From assembly GCA_964492875.1 (NCBI GenBank), contig CAZBLD010000007.1:21949-85948 (forward strand): a stretch of DNA of 64,000 nt, read 5' to 3'. Positions within the stretch are counted from its first letter, which is position 1, and each line of letters begins with the position of its first letter. The translations under genes and the position numbers were made by a program. The notes under the pieces were generated by a model, which was given only the letters and a program-made list of their open reading frames with translations, had not been told where the DNA came from and ran no database searches. Shown here one piece after another: positions 34,185 to 43,294 of the stretch. This stretch comes from an uncultured Planctomycetaceae bacterium (GTDB lineage: Bacteria > Planctomycetota > Phycisphaerae > Sedimentisphaerales > UBA12454).

Positions 34185-35192
34185 ATGATTACAGCCGATG
34201 ATTTTAAAAAAGCAATTGATTTAATCAACCGCACAAACAATTGGCTTGTAACTTCGCACACAAGACCTGATGGGGACAGCATCGGGTGTATGAAAGTATT
34301 TTGTGAAGTTGCCAAACAGCTTGGCAAAAAGGCAAAGCCGCTTTTGCTTTCGCCGATGGCAGAATGGTATAAATTTATTTTTGCTGAACCGGTGCCTGTG
34401 CTTGGAAACGATGTAAAACTTGACCAGCTCAAAGCCGGCTCGTTCGGCTCACTTGACCTCGTCGTAATAGTTGATACCAATAGCTATGTTCAGCTTGTCG
34501 AATTTGATAAATGGCTCAAGGCATCAAACGTTCCTGTGCTTGTTATCGACCATCATCTGATAGGAGACAGACTTGGTACTGTTGAAATTATCGATTCAAC
34601 CGCAGCAGCCACCGGCGAAATAGTCCTTGACCTGCTCGAGTTTGCCGGCTGGGAAATTACCGAACAGATTGCCGAGGCTCTTTATATCGCTATTTCAACC
34701 GATACAGGCTGGTTCAGATTCGATAATACCGACGCCAGAGTGATGCGCAACGCATCGAAACTTATCGAACTCGGGGCCAGGCCATCCGAAATTTATCACA
34801 AAATGTACCAAAGTTATTCACCTGCGAGACTTAAACTCCTCGGCAAAATGCTCGAAAGTCTCGAACTTCATCACGCTGACAGAATCGCTTTGATGTTTAT
34901 TTTACGCTGCGATTTTGATGCGACCGGTGCAACAGGGACGGATACCGAAGAATTTGTCAATGAATCGCAGCGTATCAGCTCCGTTGAGGCATCAGCCTTG
35001 TTTGTTGAATTGAAGGACGGCGGTTTTCGATGCTCGCTGCGGAGCAACGGCAAAGTTGATGTTCAGAGAATCGCCGCCAAACTCGGCGGCGGCGGCCATA
35101 AGGTCGCTGCAGGCGTGAACCTCAAAGGCCCACTGGCGCAGGCAAAGAAACTTATCCTCGACGAACTGGAAAAAGCGTTATCGGAGGCTTGA
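34185..35192 (+). CDS. nrnA: DHH/DHHA1 phosphoesterase (NrnA-like oligoribonuclease/pAp phosphatase)
   Basis: TSHTRPDGDSIG, DTN, VIDHH, STDTGWF and the DHHA1 block GGGGHKVAAG. Confidence 0.8.
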   Translation: MITADDFKKAIDLINRTNNWLVTSHTRPDGDSIGCMKVFCEVAKQLGKKAKPLLLSPMAEWYKFIFAEPVPVLGNDVKLDQLKAGSFGSLDLVVIVDTNSYVQLVEFDKWLKASNVPVLVIDHHLIGDRLGTVEIIDSTAAATGEIVLDLLEFAGWEITEQIAEALYIAISTDTGWFRFDNTDARVMRNASKLIELGARPSEIYHKMYQSYSPARLKLLGKMLESLELHHADRIALMFILRCDFDATGATGTDTEEFVNESQRISSVEASALFVELKDGGFRCSLRSNGKVDVQRIAAKLGGGGHKVAAGVNLKGPLAQAKKLILDELEKALSEA

Positions 35193-37725
35193 AGGTTTTT
35201 ATTTTGATTCGGCCGGTCCGGTTTATCGAAACGGTTATAGCACCGTCTTTACAGGTATAATAACTTTGTCCAAAATCCGTTATTTCCCTGCTGATACTGC
35301 CAAGCCGGGCCTCTGAACAACTTGTTATTAAAAATTCGGGTTTAAAGGCGTTCAAAAAGAGCGGTTCAAGGGTTCTACCTGAGCCGTGATGAGGGGTAAC
35401 AATCAAATCAACATCCAATTGCGGATATAAATTCATTAACTGTCTCTGTGCCTCGGCGGTTATGTCGGAACACAGCAGAATTTTTCTGCCGGCATATTCG
35501 AGCAAAAGCACAAGCGAAGCCTCGTTATCTGACAATGGGATTTCGGTTGAGGTTTCCTTCGGCCATAAATGAGTAATTACGGTTTTGCCGAGCGAGATTT
35601 TTTCAGGTGTAATACAAAGAGGAAGATTCTTCGACCTGATAAACTCACTTAACTTCGCGTCAGTTGCTGAAGTTGCAGCACTTTGTATAAACTGCGGGGT
35701 TGAATAAACATTTTGGCAGTTGTGCTTGTTCAGGATTTCAGGCAGGCCATTATAATGGTCAATATCATCGTGGCTGATGAATATGGAATGAATTTTATCG
35801 GCTGCGGTATAGTCGAGGAAGGGATTTACAATCCTATCTCCAACATCGTTTTTTGACATTGAGCCGGCGTCGATAATGAAATTCCTGTTATCAGGTGTCT
35901 TGACATAAATTGCCTGGCCGTGGCCGACCGACAAAATAGTCAATTGCAGATTATTAAATTTTTCGAGTCTGTTTACAAATACGGCGAGGAGAAGCAGAAA
36001 TATCATTACTGTGGGATAAACGAAATTTAAAACAGGTTTTTTCCGAAAAGGAAAGAATCGCCACAGGAAAATCAGCAGGTAAAAGAGTACAACAAAATGA
36101 ATTCCCGGTTTGCCGATGATTATATAAGTAAACGAGACTTTGGCGAAGATTGTTACAAGATACGAAAGAATTTTCGCTGAAAAATCGAGTATAACTGCCA
36201 AACCGGCAGCAAGGGTCGGCAGGAGGGGATTTAATAGAATTTTAAGTGTGCCGAGGATGAGGATAACCGCTACGGGAATAGAGGCGGGGACCGTCCATAG
36301 GGCGGTAAGCAACTGGAATTGATAGAAATGGTAGGCAATTATAGGCACAACGGCTATCCACGCAGCAAGACCTAACGCAAACATATCGAGAGGCATTCGC
36401 AGAGGCGAATACAAAAAGGTTTTCTTAAGAGGTTCGATGGGCTGACTGATAAATATGCTTATTGGATACATAAAAAACAGCATCCCCAGCACTGCCGCAA
36501 AGGATAACTGAAAACCGGGATTTAAAAAATCCATCGGTCTTATGAGCAAAAGCAAAATCGCTGAAACGGCAAGACTGTTTACGGCCTTTGATTGGCGGCT
36601 CAGCAGCGGACCCAGACAAAAAATGATAAACATTATTCCTGCACGAAGGGTCGATGATGTGGCGGGGACTACCAGAAGAAAAATAATCGTCGCAATAATG
36701 CAGGCAATGGAGCGGCCTTGATGCAGGAGGCCGAACTTTTTTGAAAGCCACCAGAAAAAACCGGCTAAAATTCCGACATTCAGGCCGGAGAGGGCGACCA
36801 AATGAACAAGGCCTGTTTTTATAAAGTCATCATAGAGTTTTCTGTCAATTTTAGTCCGGCTGCCTAATACGAGAGCTTCAACAAGGCGCATATTATCATA
36901 TTGCTCGGTATCTTCGAGCAAAGCAGCAATGGCAAGCTGGCGCAGTTTTGCTTTTATGTCAAATGGTGATTTTAGTTTTTCAGAACTAAGCACTGTTATA
37001 GCATTTGCGGATTTGATGGAAGCTGAAAGGAAGACACCATTGCGGTTCATATATCTGGCGGTGTTAAACTGGCCGGGGTTATCGGCAGCAGAAAATTTTC
37101 CCAGTCGACAAAAAGCCTGAATTTCATAGCCGGCATTTACATCCTTGACAGCTTCTAAGATGTAAAATTTTATTGTGCCTGTTGCTTTTGTCCAGCCTGC
37201 AGCGGTTTTTACATCAGTAACCTTTGCATAAAAGCTTGTATAAGGCAGAGATTGAGAAAATTTTGAAAAGAGCCAGTCATTTTCGTCTGCAACTACGACC
37301 ACAGGTTTGGAAATAATTTTGGCTTTTATATGGGCAAAAGTGAAATTTTCAAGTGCGATATTGCGAATATCATTCGAAGCCGGCCTGTTATACGCTATCA
37401 GTCTGATTCCGCCGAGACAGGCAAAACATAAGAAAATAATAACGAGTATGAGATTTGTGGGGACTTTTTTGGGAAATTGTTGTATCAGATATACAATCGT
37501 ACACAGGATTAAAATAGCAAGCCAGATAAGCAGTGAAAGAGCGAAATAGAACTGTACGACAAGGCCGATGATTAAGCCGATGGCGGGCAAAAGAGCAGGG
37601 CAGGTCAATAGGGTTTGTTTCAGCAGTGTTTGTTTCGGTATGAGCTGACTTTGGAGATCCTCGATTTTTTGCTGTATTTCGTCCACGATAATAAACCCCG
37701 CCAAAGTGTTGGCGGGGCTAACCAA
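35152..37725 (-). CDS. comEC: ComEC/Rec2 DNA internalisation channel protein with metallo-beta-lactamase domain
   Basis: Polytopic competence domain (LVHLVALSGLNVG). C-terminal MBL motifs (SHDDIDHYNG, VTPHHGS). Confidence 0.85.
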   Translation of the reverse strand: MVSPANTLAGFIIVDEIQQKIEDLQSQLIPKQTLLKQTLLTCPALLPAIGLIIGLVVQFYFALSLLIWLAILILCTIVYLIQQFPKKVPTNLILVIIFLCFACLGGIRLIAYNRPASNDIRNIALENFTFAHIKAKIISKPVVVVADENDWLFSKFSQSLPYTSFYAKVTDVKTAAGWTKATGTIKFYILEAVKDVNAGYEIQAFCRLGKFSAADNPGQFNTARYMNRNGVFLSASIKSANAITVLSSEKLKSPFDIKAKLRQLAIAALLEDTEQYDNMRLVEALVLGSRTKIDRKLYDDFIKTGLVHLVALSGLNVGILAGFFWWLSKKFGLLHQGRSIACIIATIIFLLVVPATSSTLRAGIMFIIFCLGPLLSRQSKAVNSLAVSAILLLLIRPMDFLNPGFQLSFAAVLGMLFFMYPISIFISQPIEPLKKTFLYSPLRMPLDMFALGLAAWIAVVPIIAYHFYQFQLLTALWTVPASIPVAVILILGTLKILLNPLLPTLAAGLAVILDFSAKILSYLVTIFAKVSFTYIIIGKPGIHFVVLFYLLIFLWRFFPFRKKPVLNFVYPTVMIFLLLLAVFVNRLEKFNNLQLTILSVGHGQAIYVKTPDNRNFIIDAGSMSKNDVGDRIVNPFLDYTAADKIHSIFISHDDIDHYNGLPEILNKHNCQNVYSTPQFIQSAATSATDAKLSEFIRSKNLPLCITPEKISLGKTVITHLWPKETSTEIPLSDNEASLVLLLEYAGRKILLCSDITAEAQRQLMNLYPQLDVDLIVTPHHGSGRTLEPLFLNAFKPEFLITSCSEARLGSISREITDFGQSYYTCKDGAITVSINRTGRIKIKTFKPPITLFPVRRG

Positions 37726-37732
37726 CCAAATA

Positions 37733-39004
37733 TTATTTTGTGATTTTTTCCATACCGTTCATATAAGACTGCAAAACCTTCGGTATATTGACTGAGCCGT
37801 CTTTGTTCTGATTAAGTTCGAGAATCGGTATCAAAATCCGCGGCGAAGCAATAACAGTATTATTAAGTGTATGGCAGAAAAGGTTCTTTTTTGTTTTGCT
37901 ATCTTTGTAGCGAAGATTTAATCTCCTTGCCTGAAAATCATAAAATTTGCTTGCGCTGTGCGTCTCGCCGAAGCTGTTTCGGGATGGCATCCAGGCTTCG
38001 ATATCGTATTTTTTCGCCTGCCCTCTGCCGAGGTCGCCTGTGCAGACCTTCACAACACGATGGGGGATACCAATCGCCTGCATAACGGCTTCGGCATTTG
38101 CGAGGATTTCCTCGTGAAATTTTGCACTTCGTTCAGGGTCGTTTTCGCAGATGACTACCTGCTCGACCTTGTCGAACTGGTGAATTCTATAAAGGCCATA
38201 GGTATCCTTGCCTGCCGCGCCGGCCTCTCTGCGATAACAGGTGCTAAGACCGACGAATTTCTGCGGCAGAGTTTCCTGCGGGATGATTTCGCCCATAAGA
38301 TAGGCGGTCAGAGGCACTTCGGCAGTGCCGGCAAGATTCAATTCATCCTGCTCCATACGGTAGGTCTGCTCTTCAAAACCCGGGAAAAAACCTGTGCCGA
38401 CCATTGCCTCGTTGCGAATGAGCATCGGCACGGAAAAAGGCACATAGCCTTTTTGAATCATAAAATCCATCGCAAAACGAAGGACAGCCCAATGCAGCAT
38501 TGCCCCTGCGCCCTTTAGAAAATAATTTCTTGTTCCGGCAAGTCTGACGGCTCTTTCAATGTCGATTATGTTGAGTGCGAGACCGAGCTGGACATGGTCT
38601 TTTAGTTCAAAGTCGAATTTGCGGATTTTACCCCAGCGGGAAATTTCGACATTTTCCGTCTCGTCTTTGCCTTCCGGCACATCCTCATCCGGCGGCTGAG
38701 GAACGGCAAGCATCAGCGCATCAAATTCGGGCTGAAGATTTTTAAGCTGCTCGCTAAGGGTGATTTCTTCGTTTTTAAGTTCAGTGAGCTTGTTGAGAGT
38801 CTTTTGTTTTTCGTCGACGGAAAGTTTCGGGATTGATTTACCCAGAGAATTTTTTTCAGTTGTTATTTCCTGCAGGCGAGTTTTTGCCTTTCGCAGGTCT
38901 GAATCGAGCTGGAGTAATTTATCGATATCGACGCAAAAGCCTTTTGTTTTGCAGGCTTTTTTGAAGATTTCGGGATTTTCGCGAATAATTTTTATATCTA
39001 TCAT
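37733..39004 (-). CDS. serS: Seryl-tRNA synthetase
   Basis: N-terminal coiled-coil tRNA-binding arm and class II core motifs (YRREAGAAGKDTYGLYRIHQFDKVE, GETHSASKFYDFQARR). Confidence 0.95.
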   Translation of the reverse strand: MIDIKIIRENPEIFKKACKTKGFCVDIDKLLQLDSDLRKAKTRLQEITTEKNSLGKSIPKLSVDEKQKTLNKLTELKNEEITLSEQLKNLQPEFDALMLAVPQPPDEDVPEGKDETENVEISRWGKIRKFDFELKDHVQLGLALNIIDIERAVRLAGTRNYFLKGAGAMLHWAVLRFAMDFMIQKGYVPFSVPMLIRNEAMVGTGFFPGFEEQTYRMEQDELNLAGTAEVPLTAYLMGEIIPQETLPQKFVGLSTCYRREAGAAGKDTYGLYRIHQFDKVEQVVICENDPERSAKFHEEILANAEAVMQAIGIPHRVVKVCTGDLGRGQAKKYDIEAWMPSRNSFGETHSASKFYDFQARRLNLRYKDSKTKKNLFCHTLNNTVIASPRILIPILELNQNKDGSVNIPKVLQSYMNGMEKITK

Positions 39005-40320
39005 TGGTTAAATCTTTTCACTATAACCACGTTATTTTGGCCGCCAAAGCCGAAAGACTCATTTAACGCAATATCGACCTGTGCCTTTCGAGGCTTGTTC
39101 GGCACATAATCCAAATCGAGGTTCGGGTCAGGGTCGTTGAGATTTATTGTCGGCGGTAATATATTATCACGAATCGCAAGGATACAGGTAATCAATTCTG
39201 CAGTGCCGGCTGCGCCGATTAAATGCCCCATCATACTTTTAACGCTGCTTGCGGGAATATTTTTCGCTTCTTCCTTAAAGACCTTTTTTAAAGCAAGAGT
39301 TTCAATCGAGTCATTTTCAGCAGTGCTTGTGCCGTGTGTGCTCACATAGTCTATATCCTTATAGGATAATTTTGCATCTTTCAAGGCAGCTTCAATGGCC
39401 TGAATTGCGCCGCGAGCTTCTTCGTGCATATCGGTTACGCGAAAGGCATCGTTGCTGCTGCCGTAGCCGATGATTTCAGCGAGGATTTCAACGCTGCGTT
39501 TCTTTGCTGATTCGAGCGTTTCAAGAATAACAATCGCTGCGCCTTCGCCAATGACGAAGCCATCCCGGCTCGCAGTGAAAGGACGTGATGCTGTCTGCGG
39601 ACTGCCGTTTCTTGTTGAAAGGGCTGTAAGACGATTAAAACCGGTGATGCCTAATGGATGTATCATCGAATGAGCGCCGCCGGCAATCATTATGTCGGCC
39701 TGTCCGCTCTGGAGCATTTTAAATGCTTCGCCGACAGCCTGTGTGCTTGCGGCACAGGCTGTAAGGCAGCTTCTTACCGGTCCGCGGGCGCTGGTAAAAA
39801 TCGCGATGTGTGCTGCCGGCATATTCGGCTCCTGCTCAAGCTCGCAATATGGCTGCATTCTGCCAAAAGCAACCGAAGCCCATTTCTTCCAGTCCATTTT
39901 TGCTGCAGTGTCGTCCCAGCCCTGAACTATCGCGTTAAAGAAATTTTCATTGTCAACAGAGCCCTCGCCTGCACCGAGATATATGCCCATTCTTCTGCGG
40001 TCTATGCCGTTTTCAGGATTTTCCGTTTCAACTTCGATTTTTGCCTGTCTGCAAGCTTCGGCAGCTGCACCTATTACAAAACCACTATGGCGGTTGCTGT
40101 GTTTATGCAGTTCAGGATGTTTTGTATATTTTGTGATGTCGTAATTTTTGACTTCGGCGCAGAATTTCGTCGGGTATCCGGAAGCGTCGAATATTGTGGT
40201 CGCGGCCATTCCACTGCGGCAATTGAGGATGTTATCCCACATTGTTTTGACATCATTGCCGAGCGGGCAAACGATGCCCATACCGGTTATGACAACGCGA
40301 TTTTTAGTTTTCTCGTTCAT
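39001..40320 (-). CDS. fabF: Beta-ketoacyl-ACP synthase II-like (Cys-His-His)
   Basis: Active-site context LTACAAST, HGTSTAENDSIE and KSMMGHLIGAAG. Its stop overlaps the serS start (39001-39004). Confidence 0.85.
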   Translation of the reverse strand: MNEKTKNRVVITGMGIVCPLGNDVKTMWDNILNCRSGMAATTIFDASGYPTKFCAEVKNYDITKYTKHPELHKHSNRHSGFVIGAAAEACRQAKIEVETENPENGIDRRRMGIYLGAGEGSVDNENFFNAIVQGWDDTAAKMDWKKWASVAFGRMQPYCELEQEPNMPAAHIAIFTSARGPVRSCLTACAASTQAVGEAFKMLQSGQADIMIAGGAHSMIHPLGITGFNRLTALSTRNGSPQTASRPFTASRDGFVIGEGAAIVILETLESAKKRSVEILAEIIGYGSSNDAFRVTDMHEEARGAIQAIEAALKDAKLSYKDIDYVSTHGTSTAENDSIETLALKKVFKEEAKNIPASSVKSMMGHLIGAAGTAELITCILAIRDNILPPTINLNDPDPNLDLDYVPNKPRKAQVDIALNESFGFGGQNNVVIVKRFNQ

Positions 40321-41626
40321 ATTTTTTCAGTACCAATGCCGCTGTCTGGCCGCCATAAGTATAACTGCAGCAAAGGATATAATTGATGTTTTTTTTTATC
40401 TGTTTAGTAATAATATTCAATTTACAATCTTTATTTTTTCTTTCGCAGTTTTTGGCTGCGGGAATGACGGCGTCTTTCATTGCACAGCAGGCGGCAACGA
40501 CATCAACAGCGCCTGCTGCGGCGCCGGTATTGCTCGTCATACTCTTTGTCGGAAGTACAGGTACCTTATCAATAGCGCCGCCGAGAGCTTTTTCAATTCC
40601 TCTTGCCTCAGCAATATCGTCAGACGGCACTCCTGTACCGTGAGGAATAATCAAATCAATTTGTTCTGGTTTTATCTTTGCCTCGTCTAAAGCCATTTCG
40701 ATTGCGTACCGGACGCCTTTGCCGTCCGGTTCGAGATATTCATATTTGGGATTTATGCTGCAGCTTTGGCCGAAACCCGCAATCTGTGCGTAGACTTTTG
40801 CGCCGCGCTGTTTTGCGTTTTCAGGATTTTCCATAATCAGACAAGCTGCCGCTTCACCGAAGACCGAGCTTTTTGCATCAGCATCGAATGGACGGCAGGC
40901 GTCTTTAGGGTTATCGTTGTAATCTGCCGTAGCTCTTTTGAGCAGGCATTGTCTGAGATGAACAATCGGATTTACCTTTGCCTCTCCGCCGCCGGCAAGC
41001 GCGGTGTCTGCGTCGCCGCGGGCGATTATCTGCATAGCTTCGCCGATGGCAAGATGGCCGGCCGCTTCGGCACAGGTTATCGAATTGCTCGGCCCCTGAA
41101 TATCGTGAATTATGCCGATATGGCAGGCGAGCATATTAGGCAGATATTTGAGCAGCCACAGAGGAGTGAGCAGTTCTATGCCCTGCGAACCCCATTTTTT
41201 TATGTCAAACTTTCCATCTGTAATACTTTTTGCAACGGCAGGGGCAAGCTCGACAAGGTCGCAGCTTATCAAACCTGCTCCAAGAATTATTGCTGTCCGT
41301 TCGGGATTTATGGAAATGTCTTGTTCTTCTGATGCCTTAGTCTTCAGACCTGCATCTTTAAAGGCTTCATTTGCGGCGACAACGGCAAGTTCTATATCAC
41401 GCGACATCAGCTTGGTTGTTTTACGCATTGATTTGGGGACATAATCTCGAATGTTGAATTCCGGCACCTGTCCTGCAATCTGACAGGTAAAACCTGAAGG
41501 GTCGAAGGCGGTGATTTTGTCAATTCCGCATCTGCCCTGACAAAGTCCCGACCATAAGTCTTTATAACTTAATCCCAGAGGGGTGATTGCTCCCAGACCT
41601 GTTATGACCGGCAAGGCAACCGTCAT
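40304..41626 (-). CDS. Beta-ketoacyl synthase paralog with a Cys-His-Asn arrangement
   Basis: Active-site context ITCAEAAG and PHGTGVPSDD, but TKSMTSNTGAAAG where FabF-type enzymes have GH..GAAG. Overlaps both neighbouring genes. Confidence 0.8.
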   Translation of the reverse strand: MTVALPVITGLGAITPLGLSYKDLWSGLCQGRCGIDKITAFDPSGFTCQIAGQVPEFNIRDYVPKSMRKTTKLMSRDIELAVVAANEAFKDAGLKTKASEEQDISINPERTAIILGAGLISCDLVELAPAVAKSITDGKFDIKKWGSQGIELLTPLWLLKYLPNMLACHIGIIHDIQGPSNSITCAEAAGHLAIGEAMQIIARGDADTALAGGGEAKVNPIVHLRQCLLKRATADYNDNPKDACRPFDADAKSSVFGEAAACLIMENPENAKQRGAKVYAQIAGFGQSCSINPKYEYLEPDGKGVRYAIEMALDEAKIKPEQIDLIIPHGTGVPSDDIAEARGIEKALGGAIDKVPVLPTKSMTSNTGAAAGAVDVVAACCAMKDAVIPAAKNCERKNKDCKLNIITKQIKKNINYILCCSYTYGGQTAALVLKKYEREN

Positions 41627-42114
41627 TGTGTTTGCTCCGGTGCAGGAGCGGGAATACCCGAAGCTCTTAAGACAACGCCGAACAAGTCGGTAAATACAAA
41701 ATTCTCTTTAGGAAACCGCTTTCCTGCAAGGTTCTGGTCGATATGGCTGAACATCAAATCAATTTCAGCGATTGTTTCATCATTGAGTGTGATTTTGCCT
41801 GTCGTTGAAGCGGCTTCGTCAGTGATTGATTCAATTTTGGCGTGAATCTTGATTGTATCGCCGGGACGGACGAAATTGAAAAAAACAGCCTTGTTGATTT
41901 TTGCGAGGATTACCTTTTCTTTATAATTTCTGGCCTGTCCGACAAGTATTCCTGCGGTCTGGGCCATTGCCTCAATCATCAGACATTCCGGCATAATGGG
42001 AAAGCCGGGGAAATTATCGTGCAGATACTCCTCGGCCATAGTGATATTTTTTATGGCAACGGCGTTCGAGCCGCTGTTGAACTCGATAAATTTATCAATC
42101 CATATCCAACGCAT
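41623..42114 (-). CDS. FabA/FabZ-like hot-dog dehydratase
   Basis: MRWIWIDKFIEF...HDNFPGFPIMPECLMIEAMAQTAG. ATG 42114 is chosen by analogy with the paralog's MRFILIDKI start. The track's longer ORF runs through a hairpin repeat. Confidence 0.7.
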   Translation of the reverse strand: MRWIWIDKFIEFNSGSNAVAIKNITMAEEYLHDNFPGFPIMPECLMIEAMAQTAGILVGQARNYKEKVILAKINKAVFFNFVRPGDTIKIHAKIESITDEAASTTGKITLNDETIAEIDLMFSHIDQNLAGKRFPKENFVFTDLFGVVLRASGIPAPAPEQTQ

Positions 42115-42156
42115 AAGTAAATTAAAAATCAAAAATAAAAAATCAAAATTGTGGAG

Positions 42157-42226
42157 TCCCGCACCTGTTTGCCCGGTTTTACCGATGGATTTTTTATCTG
42201 TTGCCACAGTGCAAACAGGTGCGGGA
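42157..42226. repeat. Long hairpin with 16-bp perfect stem carrying the CCCGCACC core
   Basis: TCCCGCACCTGTTTGC (42157-42172) is the exact reverse complement of GCAAACAGGTGCGGGA (42211-42226). On the minus strand it is followed by a T-rich tract. It lies between the ACP and dehydratase genes. Confidence 0.8.
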
Positions 42227-42241
42227 CGGTTTTATTTTGTT

Positions 42242-42634
42242 TTATGAATTAAGTTTTGCATCAACGTAGTTAACCAGAACATCGACAGTAAACAAGTCGC
42301 CGATTTTGTTGACGTTTGGGTCGTTAGCAAATTCAGAAAAGTCGGTATGCGGCATACGTTTTTTGAGCTCTTCCAGACCCTTTTGTGTAAGTTTTCCGTT
42401 GCTGACGTAGTCTTTGCTGCTTAGAAGATTTTCAGCGGGGAAGAGCTCCTCGCGGGGGATTTTTATTCCAAAGGTTTTTTCCAGTCGGAAGACGATGTCG
42501 AGAAAGTCTATGCTTTCAGCGCCAAGGTCGGTCATAAGAGTTGCATCCGGCGTAACCTCATCCTCATCGACTCCGAGAGCGTCGGTAAGCACGCCCTGAA
42601 CTTCCTGTAAAATCTGCTGTCGTGTCATAGCCAT
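42242..42634 (-). CDS. Acyl carrier protein with C-terminal extension (130 aa)
   Basis: Phosphopantetheine-site context DLGAESIDFLDIVFRLE, plus about 50 extra C-terminal residues compared with a typical ACP. Confidence 0.75.
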   Translation of the reverse strand: MAMTRQQILQEVQGVLTDALGVDEDEVTPDATLMTDLGAESIDFLDIVFRLEKTFGIKIPREELFPAENLLSSKDYVSNGKLTQKGLEELKKRMPHTDFSEFANDPNVNKIGDLFTVDVLVNYVDAKLNS

Positions 42635-42670
42635 AAATAAGACCTCCGGTTACAAAAAAATTGCAATCCT

Positions 42671-43144
42671 TTAAAAATTATTACGTAAAAGTTTCCAGCG
42701 CTCTTTTAATTTTTCAATAATATAGGCATCTTCGGCAGCAAGTTTTGAATCCTTCTCGGCAAGATTAAAGTGTCTGAGACTAAATCTTGCTTCGACAATA
42801 GTATCCGAGCCGCAGGTGCCTGTGCCTGAAAACGAACTTATGCTTTCTTCTATTGTTTTTGCCGTTACGGCATATTGAATGTTCATACCCGGTGCGGCAA
42901 AACTTTTGTATTTTACATTTTTTGCCTGAGCAAGCAACACCATACTGTGGGCAAAATTTTCAGTCTCTCTGACAAGCCAGCAGGCCGATTCTACCAGCCC
43001 TTGAAGCAAAAAAACGCCCGGCAGGACAGGAAAAGTCGGAAAATGGTCCGCCAAGTATTCCTCAGAAAGAGATACATTCTTGACAGTAATTATCTCTTTG
43101 CCGGGCTCTATTTTAACTATCTTATCAATCAATATAAATCTCAT
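42671..43144 (-). CDS. FabA/FabZ-like hot-dog dehydratase
   Basis: MRFILIDKIVKIEPG...ADHFPTFPVLPGVFLLQGLVESACWL. Confidence 0.75.
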   Translation of the reverse strand: MRFILIDKIVKIEPGKEIITVKNVSLSEEYLADHFPTFPVLPGVFLLQGLVESACWLVRETENFAHSMVLLAQAKNVKYKSFAAPGMNIQYAVTAKTIEESISSFSGTGTCGSDTIVEARFSLRHFNLAEKDSKLAAEDAYIIEKLKERWKLLRNNF

Positions 43145-43198
43145 AATGGCCGGTATTGTAGTGATTAGATTCCGGTTTTCCAGCTTTTTTTCTGTAAA

Positions 43199-43230
43199 TT
43201 AGCCACAAAGGCACCAGGACACAAAGATTT
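43199..43230 (-). repeat. Short form of the AAATCTTTGTGTC...GTGCCTTTGTGGCTAA element
   Basis: TTAGCCACAAAGGCACCAGGACACAAAGATTT is the reverse complement of the ends of the 16872-16924 element without its central palindrome. It lies in a divergent intergenic region. Confidence 0.7.
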
Positions 43231-43294
43231 TTTTCTGGACAAAAATAGGACTTTTTATATAATGAGAAAATAGGAAATACAGGAGGATATAAAG

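Noticed and set aside
35152-35192. 41-nt convergent overlap of the nrnA and comEC 3' ends as a regulatory feature
   Set aside because: It is most simply explained by non-conserved C-terminal tails running to the next stop. There is no structure or motif in the overlap.
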